A stretch of 64,000 nt of DNA from Akkermansia sp. (GTDB lineage: Bacteria > Verrucomicrobiota > Verrucomicrobiia > Verrucomicrobiales > Akkermansiaceae): positions 6,153 to 70,152 of the forward strand of contig JAFWZG010000039.1 in the NCBI GenBank assembly GCA_017517385.1, given 5' to 3'. How positions within the stretch are numbered: position 1 is the first letter of the stretch; every line of letters begins with the position of its first letter. Below the pieces are notes generated by a model. That model was given only the letters and a program-made list of their open reading frames with translations. It made no database searches and was not told where the DNA came from. Both the position numbers and the translations under genes were made by a program. Of the stretch, positions 28,388-37,447 are shown one piece after another.

Positions 28388-30310
28388 TTAATATGCGGTA
28401 GCGGCAGCTTTCAGCAAAGCCTCACACTCAGCATGCCCATACCGCCCGGCCAAACTCAGCGCGGCATCTCCCTCCGGAGTCTGCTTATGAATATCAAGAC
28501 CACCAGAGGTAAGAAGCAGGCGCAGAACAGAGGCGGCCCCGGTACTGGCGGCATGGTGCAGCAGAGTCCAACCATGCTCATCCACGCGGTTCACATCTGC
28601 CCCGGCATGCAGAAGCAGCCTCAAGCAATCCAGCTTTTCAGCGAAGGCGGCGGACCACAGAGGGGTCCAGTTCAGCTCATTTGCGGCCTCTAAGCTTGCG
28701 CCGGAATATAAGAGATTACGGAGCACCCTGGCATGCCCGGCATGAGCAGCCTCGTGCATAGGAGTATTGCCGCCATAGCCGGCCTTCGCCGGGTCTATCC
28801 CGGGAGAGAGCAGCAGCATCCCCACAATAGCCTCCTGCCCACAGGCAGCGGCACGGCATAAAGGCAGTTCGCCTCGGCTATTGGGCCGGTTCACATCCAC
28901 TTGCCCGGCATTCAACAGCTCACGAACAACTGCCTGCTTATCAGTATAAGTTGCTGCCCAAAGAGGAGTCCAGCCCACAGCATCAGCTGCGTTCACGTCC
29001 CCGCCGTTAGCTATAAGCTTACGCAGCAACTGCACATCCCCCTCTGCTGCAGCGGAGACAACGTCCGCCGGGGTGGTGGGAAGCGGCTTCGCGGGGGGAG
29101 GCTCAGTAGCAGGGCCCGGAGGAACAGGAGGCAATGCCGGATCCGAAGGAACAGGCGGTAACACCGGCCCCGGAGGAACAGGCGGTAGCACGGGCTCTCC
29201 AACCGGCTCAGTCGGAACGGGCACGAACTCAGCCTCAAAAAGCTCTGTAAACAGCTTCTGCTGCTGAAGCTTAATACATGCGCCCTTTACTGACGCCCCG
29301 ACAGAACGGTACAGATGCACTTTAGCATTAGGAAGTTCCGCCGCAATCATGCGTCCGGCTGCAGGAATATCCGCCCCCGGTCCACTCAGGAGGATCTGCT
29401 TAGGAGGCGCGCCTCGAAAATTTGTTCTGACAAAGCGGCGCAAGGCTGCTCCGGCCTGCTTCATGTAAGGAGCGAGAAGCTCCTCATACTCCTCAACCGT
29501 ACCGGGCACCGTAAGCTTCTTCCCTCTCAAACTCAGGCGAATTTCAGCTTTACCCTCTGTGAGTAGCTGTTTTCTGAACTCGCGAACGAGATTCATAAAA
29601 CGGGGCCAGGAGAGCCCGGTCACCTTAGTCTGAACGGCCATTTTAGCAAGTAGGTGCATCGCGAGGGTATCATCCAGCTCTTCGCAGCCTACAGAGCACA
29701 CATTAAAAGAACGCCCCAGCTTACAGGAAGAAAAATCGGAGGCCACGGTCACCTGCACGGCTTCCAGAGATCCATCCCCCCAGAACAGCATCACAACATC
29801 CTGTGCAGCAAACACCTTGCGCCCGCCGTACATGCAGACGGAAACCAGCGCCTCGGACTGAGATATGAGCTCTACCGCAGGAAAACCAGCCGCCAGAGCA
29901 GCCTCCTTCAAAAGCTGCCGCTGTGCAGCGCTGAATGCGGCAGGACAAGTCAGCATCACGCCGGAAATCTGACGCCCCTCAGCCATAGAGGAGCCATTCA
30001 CTTTGCGAAGAATCCACGCAAGATGCTCCCGCACTAAATCAGCCGCGGTAAACTCCCCGAGAAGAGGTGCCGGGCTCCCCAGTTTCATCTTATATGCGCG
30101 GCAGTAACCGGCAGGCTCCTCAAGGCCCAGCTTCTCAGCCTCATCACCAAAACATAAGCGCCCACCCTTCATCAGATAAGCAGAAGAGGAGGCACAAGCG
30201 CCACTACTGCCCAAGCGAAAAAAACGCGGCTTCGCACCCGGCACAACCTCAGCTACAATAGATGAGGTTGTGCCGAAATCCACGGCCAGTCTGATATATT
30301 CGGCAGACAT
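28388..30310 (-). CDS. Hsp70-like ATPase domain (strongly degenerate), Pro-rich linker, ~7 ankyrin repeats (Hsp70-C)
   Basis: AVDFGTTSS, LTCPAAFSAAQR, SQSEAL, FWGDGSLE, GCEELDD, LSGPG. Polyproline linker. GWTPLW, GELPLC, GNTPMH and NWTPLW ankyrins. Confidence 0.85.
   Translation of the reverse strand: MSAEYIRLAVDFGTTSSIVAEVVPGAKPRFFRLGSSGACASSSAYLMKGGRLCFGDEAEKLGLEEPAGYCRAYKMKLGSPAPLLGEFTAADLVREHLAWILRKVNGSSMAEGRQISGVMLTCPAAFSAAQRQLLKEAALAAGFPAVELISQSEALVSVCMYGGRKVFAAQDVVMLFWGDGSLEAVQVTVASDFSSCKLGRSFNVCSVGCEELDDTLAMHLLAKMAVQTKVTGLSWPRFMNLVREFRKQLLTEGKAEIRLSLRGKKLTVPGTVEEYEELLAPYMKQAGAALRRFVRTNFRGAPPKQILLSGPGADIPAAGRMIAAELPNAKVHLYRSVGASVKGACIKLQQQKLFTELFEAEFVPVPTEPVGEPVLPPVPPGPVLPPVPSDPALPPVPPGPATEPPPAKPLPTTPADVVSAAAEGDVQLLRKLIANGGDVNAADAVGWTPLWAATYTDKQAVVRELLNAGQVDVNRPNSRGELPLCRAAACGQEAIVGMLLLSPGIDPAKAGYGGNTPMHEAAHAGHARVLRNLLYSGASLEAANELNWTPLWSAAFAEKLDCLRLLLHAGADVNRVDEHGWTLLHHAASTGAASVLRLLLTSGGLDIHKQTPEGDAALSLAGRYGHAECEALLKAAATAY
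29111..29191 (-). repeat. Three 27-bp tandem repeats encoding (V/A)LPPVP(PG/SD)P
   Basis: Plus-strand units AGGGCCCGGAGGAACAGGAGGCAATGC, CGGATCCGAAGGAACAGGCGGTAACAC and CGGCCCCGGAGGAACAGGCGGTAGCAC. Confidence 0.8.
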
Positions 30311-30472
30311 ATTATCTAAGTAATTTGTGAGAAAATCCGTTTAATACTAGGCGATTCCCAGCACCACACCGGATAAAGCTTACCGGATTCCCTTATACCA
30401 TACGCATTATCGCGTTGTCAATCATATTTTGAAGTGCATATACCCCCCTGCCGAAAAAATAGAACGCCAGCC

Positions 30473-30625
30473 TCACGAATTATTCTGGAACAAAGCGTTG
30501 TAGATACCACGCAGCAGCAGAGCAGCCAGAACAGTCACCACAAAACCACCACCGGCCTCCATGCGAATAAGCACAGCAGCCATTATCACCATAGCGAAAA
30601 TCATTATAAACAGTACTACTTTCAT
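30473..30625 (-). CDS. Unannotated 50-aa two-TM membrane protein (paralogue of 35396-35542)
   Basis: MKVVLFIMIFAMVIMAAVLIRMEAGGGFVVTVLAALLLRGIYNALFQNNS*. Shares MK.V....ME.G....L.LRGIY.A...N with the other copy. Below the ORF-track cutoff. Confidence 0.8.
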   Translation of the reverse strand: MKVVLFIMIFAMVIMAAVLIRMEAGGGFVVTVLAALLLRGIYNALFQNNS

Positions 30626-30751
30626 TGTTTTTTTTCTTTCTTTTTAAGTTTTTCAGGAGAGCGCCCTATGTGAGCTATCATATATTCTCCCCCTCTGCTT
30701 AAATAGACACAGCATCTCCATTCTTCGTTCATTCTTTTTTTATTCTACAGT

Positions 30752-30793
30752 AAAAAAACTAACACCGCCACTCCCGCACAAGGAGAGGCGGTG
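30752..30793 (-). terminator. Terminator after Hsp70-B
   Basis: CACCGCC-(T/A)-CTCC stem followed by TTAG and T7 on the minus strand. Confidence 0.7.
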
Positions 30794-30854
30794 CTGCAAA
30801 TACTGGTTAAAACAGCGGAAGTTACGGAGAATCCACGCAAGAAAACTTGCATGA

Positions 30855-32807
30855 TTATTTATTGAAAAGGCCGCTAAACCATTTCTTAATCTTCTTAGCA
30901 CGGAGATATGCAGAGGCCCCACTGACGCCGGCTTTGCTGGCGTCTTCCAGCAAGCGAAACCCTCTACGCTGAAGCTCAACAGAACCGGTCTGATCCGCTT
31001 GCTCCAGATAGAGCCGTGCCAATTCATACCCGGCGCACTTATCGCCCTTACTAAGGGCGATGGAATACCACTTCGCCGCGGCGTTCAAATCCTTTTTCAC
31101 ACCGTAACCCAGCCAATAGCAAAGGCCCATACGGCGGGCGGCTGAAGCATCCCCACGCTCTGCCTTTTTCTTGTATTCCGCTGCGGCCTGCGCCGGCTCA
31201 TAAATTATCCCCGCTTCGTCAATATACGGGGTCATTTTTTCCTCATTGAAATTTCTTTCACACTTCCAATCATATGCGCCACAGTTTTCGACCACGCCAA
31301 GATGACGCACAGCACTCATCTTTACAATTTTGGCCTTCGTGCTCCCCAGATAAATAGCATCATCCAGCCACTTATGAGCAGAAGTAAAGTGGAACTGCTT
31401 CAACATAGCCACGGGAGTGTCATCTATAATGCAGAGATGACAAGCCCCCAGCTGCGCCATAGCCTCCACGTTACCACGTACAGCCGCACGCCGATACCAT
31501 TTCGCGCAAAGAATATAATCCTTCGTCTTCTTGAGCATCACCGAGGCAGCGTTTTCCAACGCGCCGGGCTCGCCCCGCACCGCTGAGGCTGCCAACCAGT
31601 TCTCCACGCCATTCCTCAACAGCTCCTCTATTTCGTCAGCATAAGGTTCTTTCGGCTTAACCGGCTGCGCGGGAGGCGGAGGATAAGGCGTAGGCGCAGG
31701 CGTAGGCGTGGGGGGACGCTTCACCGGCGCCTCCGGGGCCTTTGCCTTTTCAGGCGGACGCGTTGTAAGAGCCGCTCCCATCACCACGGCTGCACGAGCC
31801 TTGTTCCACGTTCGGGCCGGCAAACCGGTAACCCGCTCAAGCTCCTTACGTATGCAGGGAATAAGCGCAGTACCGCCCACCAACACCAGCATTTCAGGCT
31901 GTAGGGATTCCGGAAGCCCGCTTAACAGGTTCTTTACGGCATCCGCCGCAGCGGATACATCAGAATGTATACTCTTCTCGAAATCAGCACGTTTCACCTG
32001 AGCAGAAAGCAGCCCACCGGACGTCACCTGATGAAAAGCCCCGGTCTCTGCAGAGGAAAGCACCATCTTCAGATTGCGAACGCCCTGAGCAAAACGCTGC
32101 CAGGACATATGCTCCGGCAGAGTCTTGCCCTCCAGTTGTTCCATGACAAGCTCACTGAGGCGATCATCAAACACCTCGCCGCCCATGCTGTTATTGCCGA
32201 AGGCTGCGCGCTTCTGAGCATTGATTTTCTTGCCACTGCGAGAAACGAGCGCCACGTCTAGTGTACCGCCACCCCAATCCACCACCAGGGCATTATTCTT
32301 AAACGCCTGAGCGCCACTGAAGTGGCAAAAGGCAAAGCCCGCAGCCTCCGGCTCAGTAATGAGTTTTACTTCCGAAAGCCCGGAGGCAAGCGCCGCATCC
32401 GTCAGCTGTTTTTTCTGAGCAGCACTGAAGTTCACCGGGCAGGTCAGCACAGCACCGCTGATTTTCATTTTATACAGAGTGGCATCATCCTTTACCCGGC
32501 GCACGAGGTGAGATAAGAACTCACGCACCAAATCCTGTGCTGTATAATGCCCCAGCACGGGCGCTGTACTACCCAGCTTCATCTTAAATGCACGGCAGTA
32601 GCAGGAGGCGTTCATCTCCGCCATATCGTCCGCATCATCACCAAACAAGAGGCTGCCGTCTTCCTGCAAATAAGCAGTTGTAGGAATCAAATCCGCATTT
32701 CGGCCCATTTTCAGAATACGAGGCTCGCCACGCTCATCAGCATAAGCAATGAGCGTCTTGGTTGTACCGAAGTCTATGGCTAAAGTGATGGAAGGAGAGG
32801 TACTCAT
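30855..32807 (-). CDS. Hsp70-like ATPase domain (intact motifs), Pro-rich linker, Sel1-like repeats (Hsp70-B)
   Basis: AIDFGTTKT, TEPEAAG, DWGGGTLDV, GGEVFDD, LVGGTALIP, AVVMGAA. Sel1 motifs AKWYRRAAVRGN and GLCYWLGYGVKKDLNAAAKWY. Confidence 0.88.
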   Translation of the reverse strand: MSTSPSITLAIDFGTTKTLIAYADERGEPRILKMGRNADLIPTTAYLQEDGSLLFGDDADDMAEMNASCYCRAFKMKLGSTAPVLGHYTAQDLVREFLSHLVRRVKDDATLYKMKISGAVLTCPVNFSAAQKKQLTDAALASGLSEVKLITEPEAAGFAFCHFSGAQAFKNNALVVDWGGGTLDVALVSRSGKKINAQKRAAFGNNSMGGEVFDDRLSELVMEQLEGKTLPEHMSWQRFAQGVRNLKMVLSSAETGAFHQVTSGGLLSAQVKRADFEKSIHSDVSAAADAVKNLLSGLPESLQPEMLVLVGGTALIPCIRKELERVTGLPARTWNKARAAVVMGAALTTRPPEKAKAPEAPVKRPPTPTPAPTPYPPPPAQPVKPKEPYADEIEELLRNGVENWLAASAVRGEPGALENAASVMLKKTKDYILCAKWYRRAAVRGNVEAMAQLGACHLCIIDDTPVAMLKQFHFTSAHKWLDDAIYLGSTKAKIVKMSAVRHLGVVENCGAYDWKCERNFNEEKMTPYIDEAGIIYEPAQAAAEYKKKAERGDASAARRMGLCYWLGYGVKKDLNAAAKWYSIALSKGDKCAGYELARLYLEQADQTGSVELQRRGFRLLEDASKAGVSGASAYLRAKKIKKWFSGLFNK

Positions 32808-32895
32808 CTTGTAAAATAATCAGTAGGTTTATAAGTTAACGAAAGCCCTTTTCAGCTTGTATGACGCCCCAACAGGCAGAATTGTTCATGCAATT

Positions 32896-35349
32896 TTAAT
32901 ATCTCGCACGCCTCATGGCCGCCTCCAGCAAGCGAACACACTCAGTGTAACCTCTGCTCCGAGCATACTCCAAATGCGTTTTCCCATATTGGGTTGCGTG
33001 TACATTTATATGCGGGTACTGTAATAAAGCCTCCACCATCGGCACGTCATTATTTTCTATAGCCACCCTAAGAAGGCTTTCACTAGCTGAATTGACCAAT
33101 TCATACTTGGCGCCGGGAGCTGTCACAAATATCCGTACAGCTTCCGCGTCATGCTTCTCCACTAATTTGGCAATGAAATAATTATCACAGCGGTATCCCT
33201 TCTGTACAAGCATTTGCAAATCCGCACCGTTCAATGTACCATGCATTATACGAGCCTCCAGCGCACTTGCAACAGGGCTACTGGTAAATACTTCACCATT
33301 CCAAGATGATACCAACCACTCATTACTTGCCATACCCGGATACTCCACGAACAACAACACAAACATAAAAGCACCTAGGAGTATCCCGCCCATCCCTATG
33401 AAGATGGATTTTGTATAGTCAGTATGCCTACGGCCACAATATCTGGCAAACATTATTAGGCCGCATAAATAGACCAACCCAATAAGCACCCCTAGCAATA
33501 CATGACCATTGTATATCATATAGGTCAGCACCAAGGCCAGTAGAACAAGCAGCAGCAACAACATCTTCGCCACATACCAGAACATGCGCAGCTTGGCCCT
33601 CTTACACCCGGCAACAGAAGCACGATAACATAACGACAGAGGCGATTTAGCCGTATGCAAAAAAAGCTCATAAAGTGCTTCCGGGTGCCCATTATCAGCA
33701 GCAGTTTTATACCACGTCAATGCATCATCGGAGCTCTTTGCCACAGCGGTGCCATTTTCATACATCTTAGCTATGCGGTACTGAGCATCAGTCACGCCCT
33801 TATCAGCCGCCCTTCGCAGCCAAAGGTATGCCTGACCGGCATCTGCGTCGACGCCGATACCATCCTCATAACAACGCCCAAGCGCCCACATACCATAAGG
33901 ATGCCCTTTCTCCGCGGACTTCCGATAATACCCCACCGCTTTCATGGAATCAGGGCTGAGCAGAGTCCCCTTCTCTGCCCCTATGCCTAGGCGGTACAGA
34001 GCATCAGCATTTCCGGCATCCGCCGCGCGCTGATATAGTCCGAGAGCCTTTTTCGCATCCTTTGTAGTGCCAATGCCTTCTTCATAGCAAAGGCCAAGGC
34101 TGAACATAGCGGGGCAATAATCACGGGCAGCAGATTTCGTGAGCCACATGACCCCCTCAGCTTCATTATGATTATTCAAGCAACTCTTCCCCACCTCATA
34201 CTGAGCGCGCCTGTAACCACTCTTGGCCAGCACAAGCAGTTTCCCGGAATCCTGAGGAAGCGGCTCGGAATCCACCTCCTCAGTCGCAGTCGCCTCTGAA
34301 TTAGCAAGAAGAGCTGCGCCCATTACCACAGCCTCACGTGCTTTTGCCCATGTACGGGCAGGAAGGCCTGTAACAGCCTCCAGCTCGCGGCGTATGCAGG
34401 GGATAAGAGCTGTACCCCCCACTAGTACCAGCATCTCCGGCTTACAATCTGCCGGCAGCCCCGCCATGAACTCCTTCACCGCGGCTACAGCAGCAGTCAC
34501 GTCTCTCGCTATCAGTTTTTCGAACGTGGCACGCTTCACCTTCAGAACAAGCGGGCTTCCTCCCACCACCATTCGCAATACACCCTCTTCACCGGCAGAA
34601 AGCGACACTTTCAGAGAGCGCACATTTTTCATCAGCTCCGGCATACTAAGGCTGCTCACCTCCATACGAGAAGCCAGCTCGCCCAGCACATACTCACCTA
34701 AACAATCATCAAAAACCTCGCCACCCACCGTATTGAGGCCAAAGGCATAGCGCCTATGGGAACGAATACTTTTCCCTTGGCGGGTAATGAGTGCTACGTC
34801 TAGCGTGCCACCTCCCCAGTCCACCACCAGAGCATTTTTTCGGAAAGCCTCTGTGGTGCAGCTGAAACAGAAGGCACTACCGGCAGCCTCCGGCTCCGTC
34901 ACAAACTCCACCTCCGGCAGCCCCGCGGCCAAAGCGGCTTCTCGCAGCTGGTGAATCTGCGCTTTGCTAAAATCCACCGGGCAAGTCAGCACCGCACCAT
35001 TTATCTGCACGCCAAGCATTGTGGCATCGGCCTTCACCTTCTGCAGCAAGTACGCCAGGTACTCCCGCACCAGCTCCTGTGCCGTATAACGCCCCAATAC
35101 AGGAACCTTGCCTCCCAGCTTCATCTTAACACCCCGGCTGTAATTCCCGGGATCTATCACAGCCATATCGTCCGCATCCTCGCCAAACAGCAGGCTACCG
35201 TCTTCCTGCAAATACGCGGTCGTCGGTATCAAATCCACATTTCGCCCCATGCGCATAACGCGGGGCTCGCCCTTGTCATCAGCGTAGGCCACAAGTGTTT
35301 TCGTCGTTCCGAAATCAATTGCCAGAGTAATACCCGAATGATAGCTCAT
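32896..35349 (-). CDS. Hsp70-like ATPase domain (intact motifs), ~6 Sel1 repeats, 3 TM helices, ankyrin repeats (Hsp70-A)
   Basis: AIDFGTTKT, TEPEAAG, DWGGGTLDV, GGEVFDD, LVGGTALIP. Sel1 e.g. AMFSLGLCYEEGIGTTKDAKKALGLYQRAA. Hydrophobic block MLLLLLVLLALV...LFVEYP. Terminal ankyrins. Confidence 0.88.
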   Translation of the reverse strand: MSYHSGITLAIDFGTTKTLVAYADDKGEPRVMRMGRNVDLIPTTAYLQEDGSLLFGEDADDMAVIDPGNYSRGVKMKLGGKVPVLGRYTAQELVREYLAYLLQKVKADATMLGVQINGAVLTCPVDFSKAQIHQLREAALAAGLPEVEFVTEPEAAGSAFCFSCTTEAFRKNALVVDWGGGTLDVALITRQGKSIRSHRRYAFGLNTVGGEVFDDCLGEYVLGELASRMEVSSLSMPELMKNVRSLKVSLSAGEEGVLRMVVGGSPLVLKVKRATFEKLIARDVTAAVAAVKEFMAGLPADCKPEMLVLVGGTALIPCIRRELEAVTGLPARTWAKAREAVVMGAALLANSEATATEEVDSEPLPQDSGKLLVLAKSGYRRAQYEVGKSCLNNHNEAEGVMWLTKSAARDYCPAMFSLGLCYEEGIGTTKDAKKALGLYQRAADAGNADALYRLGIGAEKGTLLSPDSMKAVGYYRKSAEKGHPYGMWALGRCYEDGIGVDADAGQAYLWLRRAADKGVTDAQYRIAKMYENGTAVAKSSDDALTWYKTAADNGHPEALYELFLHTAKSPLSLCYRASVAGCKRAKLRMFWYVAKMLLLLLVLLALVLTYMIYNGHVLLGVLIGLVYLCGLIMFARYCGRRHTDYTKSIFIGMGGILLGAFMFVLLFVEYPGMASNEWLVSSWNGEVFTSSPVASALEARIMHGTLNGADLQMLVQKGYRCDNYFIAKLVEKHDAEAVRIFVTAPGAKYELVNSASESLLRVAIENNDVPMVEALLQYPHINVHATQYGKTHLEYARSRGYTECVRLLEAAMRRARY

Positions 35350-35395
35350 AATGATATGTCAGGAGAGAGTGAAAGACGGCATAGCTGCGCCATGC

Positions 35396-35542
35396 TCAGT
35401 TTTTGTACATAGCACTGTAAATACCTCGTAAAATCAAACAAGGAACAACAGCAAAATAAGTGGGAGCACCTACTTCCATACATAAAAGCACGACAGCTAC
35501 TGTTAATATAACACCAATAATCGCAAATACAACAATTTTCAT
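35396..35542 (-). CDS. 48-aa two-TM membrane protein
   Basis: MKIVVFAIIGVILTVAVVLLCMEVGAPTYFAVVPCLILRGIYSAMYKN*. Start reassigned to 35542 by alignment with the paralogue. Confidence 0.8.
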   Translation of the reverse strand: MKIVVFAIIGVILTVAVVLLCMEVGAPTYFAVVPCLILRGIYSAMYKN

Positions 35543-35666
35543 CTCATTTTTCCTTTCTTTTTTATTTTTTTCTGGGAGCAAGCCATATAGGCTAACTTTT
35601 ATTCACCATTCTGGTTACTCCGACGCTATCACCTCCCGGCACGTTCAAGCATTTCATTCAGTCCAT

Positions 35667-35705
35667 AAAAAAAATCCCCAGCACAGGTAACCCATGCGCC
35701 AGGGA
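35667..35705 (-). terminator. Terminator after the second dynamin-like gene
   Basis: Minus strand TCCCTGGCGCA/TGTGCTGGGGA (with G-U pairs) followed by T8. Confidence 0.7.
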
Positions 35706-35798
35706 GTGTGATAAGGAAATGTAAAAACACTACATAATGACCCACTCAGAAACCACAAAAAATCTGATAAAAACAGGCGAGAACAATGGAAGTATTCA

Positions 35799-37424
35799 TC
35801 AGTGAGAAGAGGTAATCATGAGGTGAGAGTATACGGCACGCACTTTAGCAGCACATTCGCGGGCAAACTTATTAGGCACAAACGCAAGCAGGCCGGCAAT
35901 CTGCTGCAAGGTCTCCACATTATCAGCCGGCCGTGGCTGTGCTTCCGTAAGTACGAGGTTGGCACAGCGATCCACAATCTCCAACTGGGCAGGATTCAGC
36001 CAGCGGCTGCGCTCCTTCCAGTCCTGAAGAAGATACAAGGCATCGTCCATCAGCTGAACCCGCTCTGCTATGGAGCAGCGGAGCATATCAATGGAGAGTA
36101 ACGCTTCTTCCATGCGGGCAAGCTCAGCCCGGGCCCGAGAAGTACGCTCCTCCGTCTGCTTCCGCAGCTGAGTAGAGCGCAGCTCGTTAGCGACCTCGGA
36201 GAAGTAATCCACCTCCATTCGCTGAGCCTCAATAACGTCATCCAGAGCATAATTCACCTCTTGGAGGAGAGTCTGCACCTTACTGCGAATCTGCCGCAGG
36301 CTGATAACGGCCCTGCGCTTGAAGAATGAAGTATCCAACAGGTGGCGAAGGCGGGGGATGCCACTGAGCTGCATGGTCATAGCGGCGGCATCCTCCGCGG
36401 AGGCCGGCTGCTTATCATACAAGTAATGGAGCATCATGCGGAACGAGGAAAGGGGCAGCTCCAGCTCACGCAGAGAGCACCACAGGGCGTAAATGGCAGG
36501 GTATTTTTCCTGCCAGCGCACTTCATTGCGCTTTACTGCTTTTCGCAGGTCATCAGCAGTATCAAATGAGGCTAGTAAATCAAGCACGTCCAGCCAGAAG
36601 CTTCGCGGAGCTACAGCGGCAAGCAAGCCCAAAGGTGCGCTCACCGGCACAACCTCAGAAAGCAGGTGAGAAAACTGGCCGCGAAGAGTCGCCACATGCT
36701 CCTCCACGGTAGCAAGCGCCTCATCCGCCGAAGCCCCGGCGGAGGCATTCCAATAAAGGTCATCCCAGAGGTGCATCACGCCTACGCAGTTATACGTCTC
36801 ATACCCCTGCAGGCCCATCTGACGGAACTTTTCAAGGGCCTGAACGTCCTCTTCACGCCCAACATGGCCGAATACATAGAGCAGAGCATCCGTATTTCCA
36901 CCGCAAAGGAACTGCTGCGCCACGGCCTCATGGAAATCCACCGCGGCGCCGATACCGGGAGTATCAATGATATTCATCTGGCTCACGATGGGGGCATCGG
37001 AATAGAACTCCAGGTGGTTAACGCCTGCTACCATCTGCTCCACATCTGAGCCTTTTCCGCTCCATTCCTTGAGCCTAGCGAGGGGGTAACGCTCCGGCTG
37101 AGAGTTTTTCCAATAAGCAGAGAATTCCTCACAAGCGGAGCCGGTGCCGTAAGTAATGTGGTTCACGGTGGCAGTCGTTTCCTCGGTACCGGTGACGGCC
37201 AACTTCTTACCGACCAGCGCATTAATGATACTACTTTTACCCCGCTTCATGTAGCCGAACACGGCTATTCTGAAGGGGTTATCCATATTACGCACGAGCT
37301 CACGCAAGCCCAGCTCCCATTCATGCACCTGCACACAGGGGGCGAGCATATCAGCAAGCTTGAGCAGGTTCTGTGCATATTCCCGGCGGTAACGCACGGC
37401 ACCCAGTTCTACTTGTTCGGACAT
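35799..37424 (-). CDS. Bacterial dynamin-like GTPase (IniC/DLP2-like)
   Basis: G1 GYMKRGKSS, G2 TEETT, G3 IDTPGIG, followed by a helical coiled-coil stalk. Confidence 0.88.
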   Translation of the reverse strand: MSEQVELGAVRYRREYAQNLLKLADMLAPCVQVHEWELGLRELVRNMDNPFRIAVFGYMKRGKSSIINALVGKKLAVTGTEETTATVNHITYGTGSACEEFSAYWKNSQPERYPLARLKEWSGKGSDVEQMVAGVNHLEFYSDAPIVSQMNIIDTPGIGAAVDFHEAVAQQFLCGGNTDALLYVFGHVGREEDVQALEKFRQMGLQGYETYNCVGVMHLWDDLYWNASAGASADEALATVEEHVATLRGQFSHLLSEVVPVSAPLGLLAAVAPRSFWLDVLDLLASFDTADDLRKAVKRNEVRWQEKYPAIYALWCSLRELELPLSSFRMMLHYLYDKQPASAEDAAAMTMQLSGIPRLRHLLDTSFFKRRAVISLRQIRSKVQTLLQEVNYALDDVIEAQRMEVDYFSEVANELRSTQLRKQTEERTSRARAELARMEEALLSIDMLRCSIAERVQLMDDALYLLQDWKERSRWLNPAQLEIVDRCANLVLTEAQPRPADNVETLQQIAGLLAFVPNKFARECAAKVRAVYSHLMITSSH

Positions 37425-37447
37425 AGGAATATAGGTAAAAAGTTTGA

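Noticed and set aside
26689-35349. Calling the Hsp70-like genes dnaK, hscA or hscC
   Set aside because: No substrate-binding domain, no dnaJ, and foreign C-terminal repeats.
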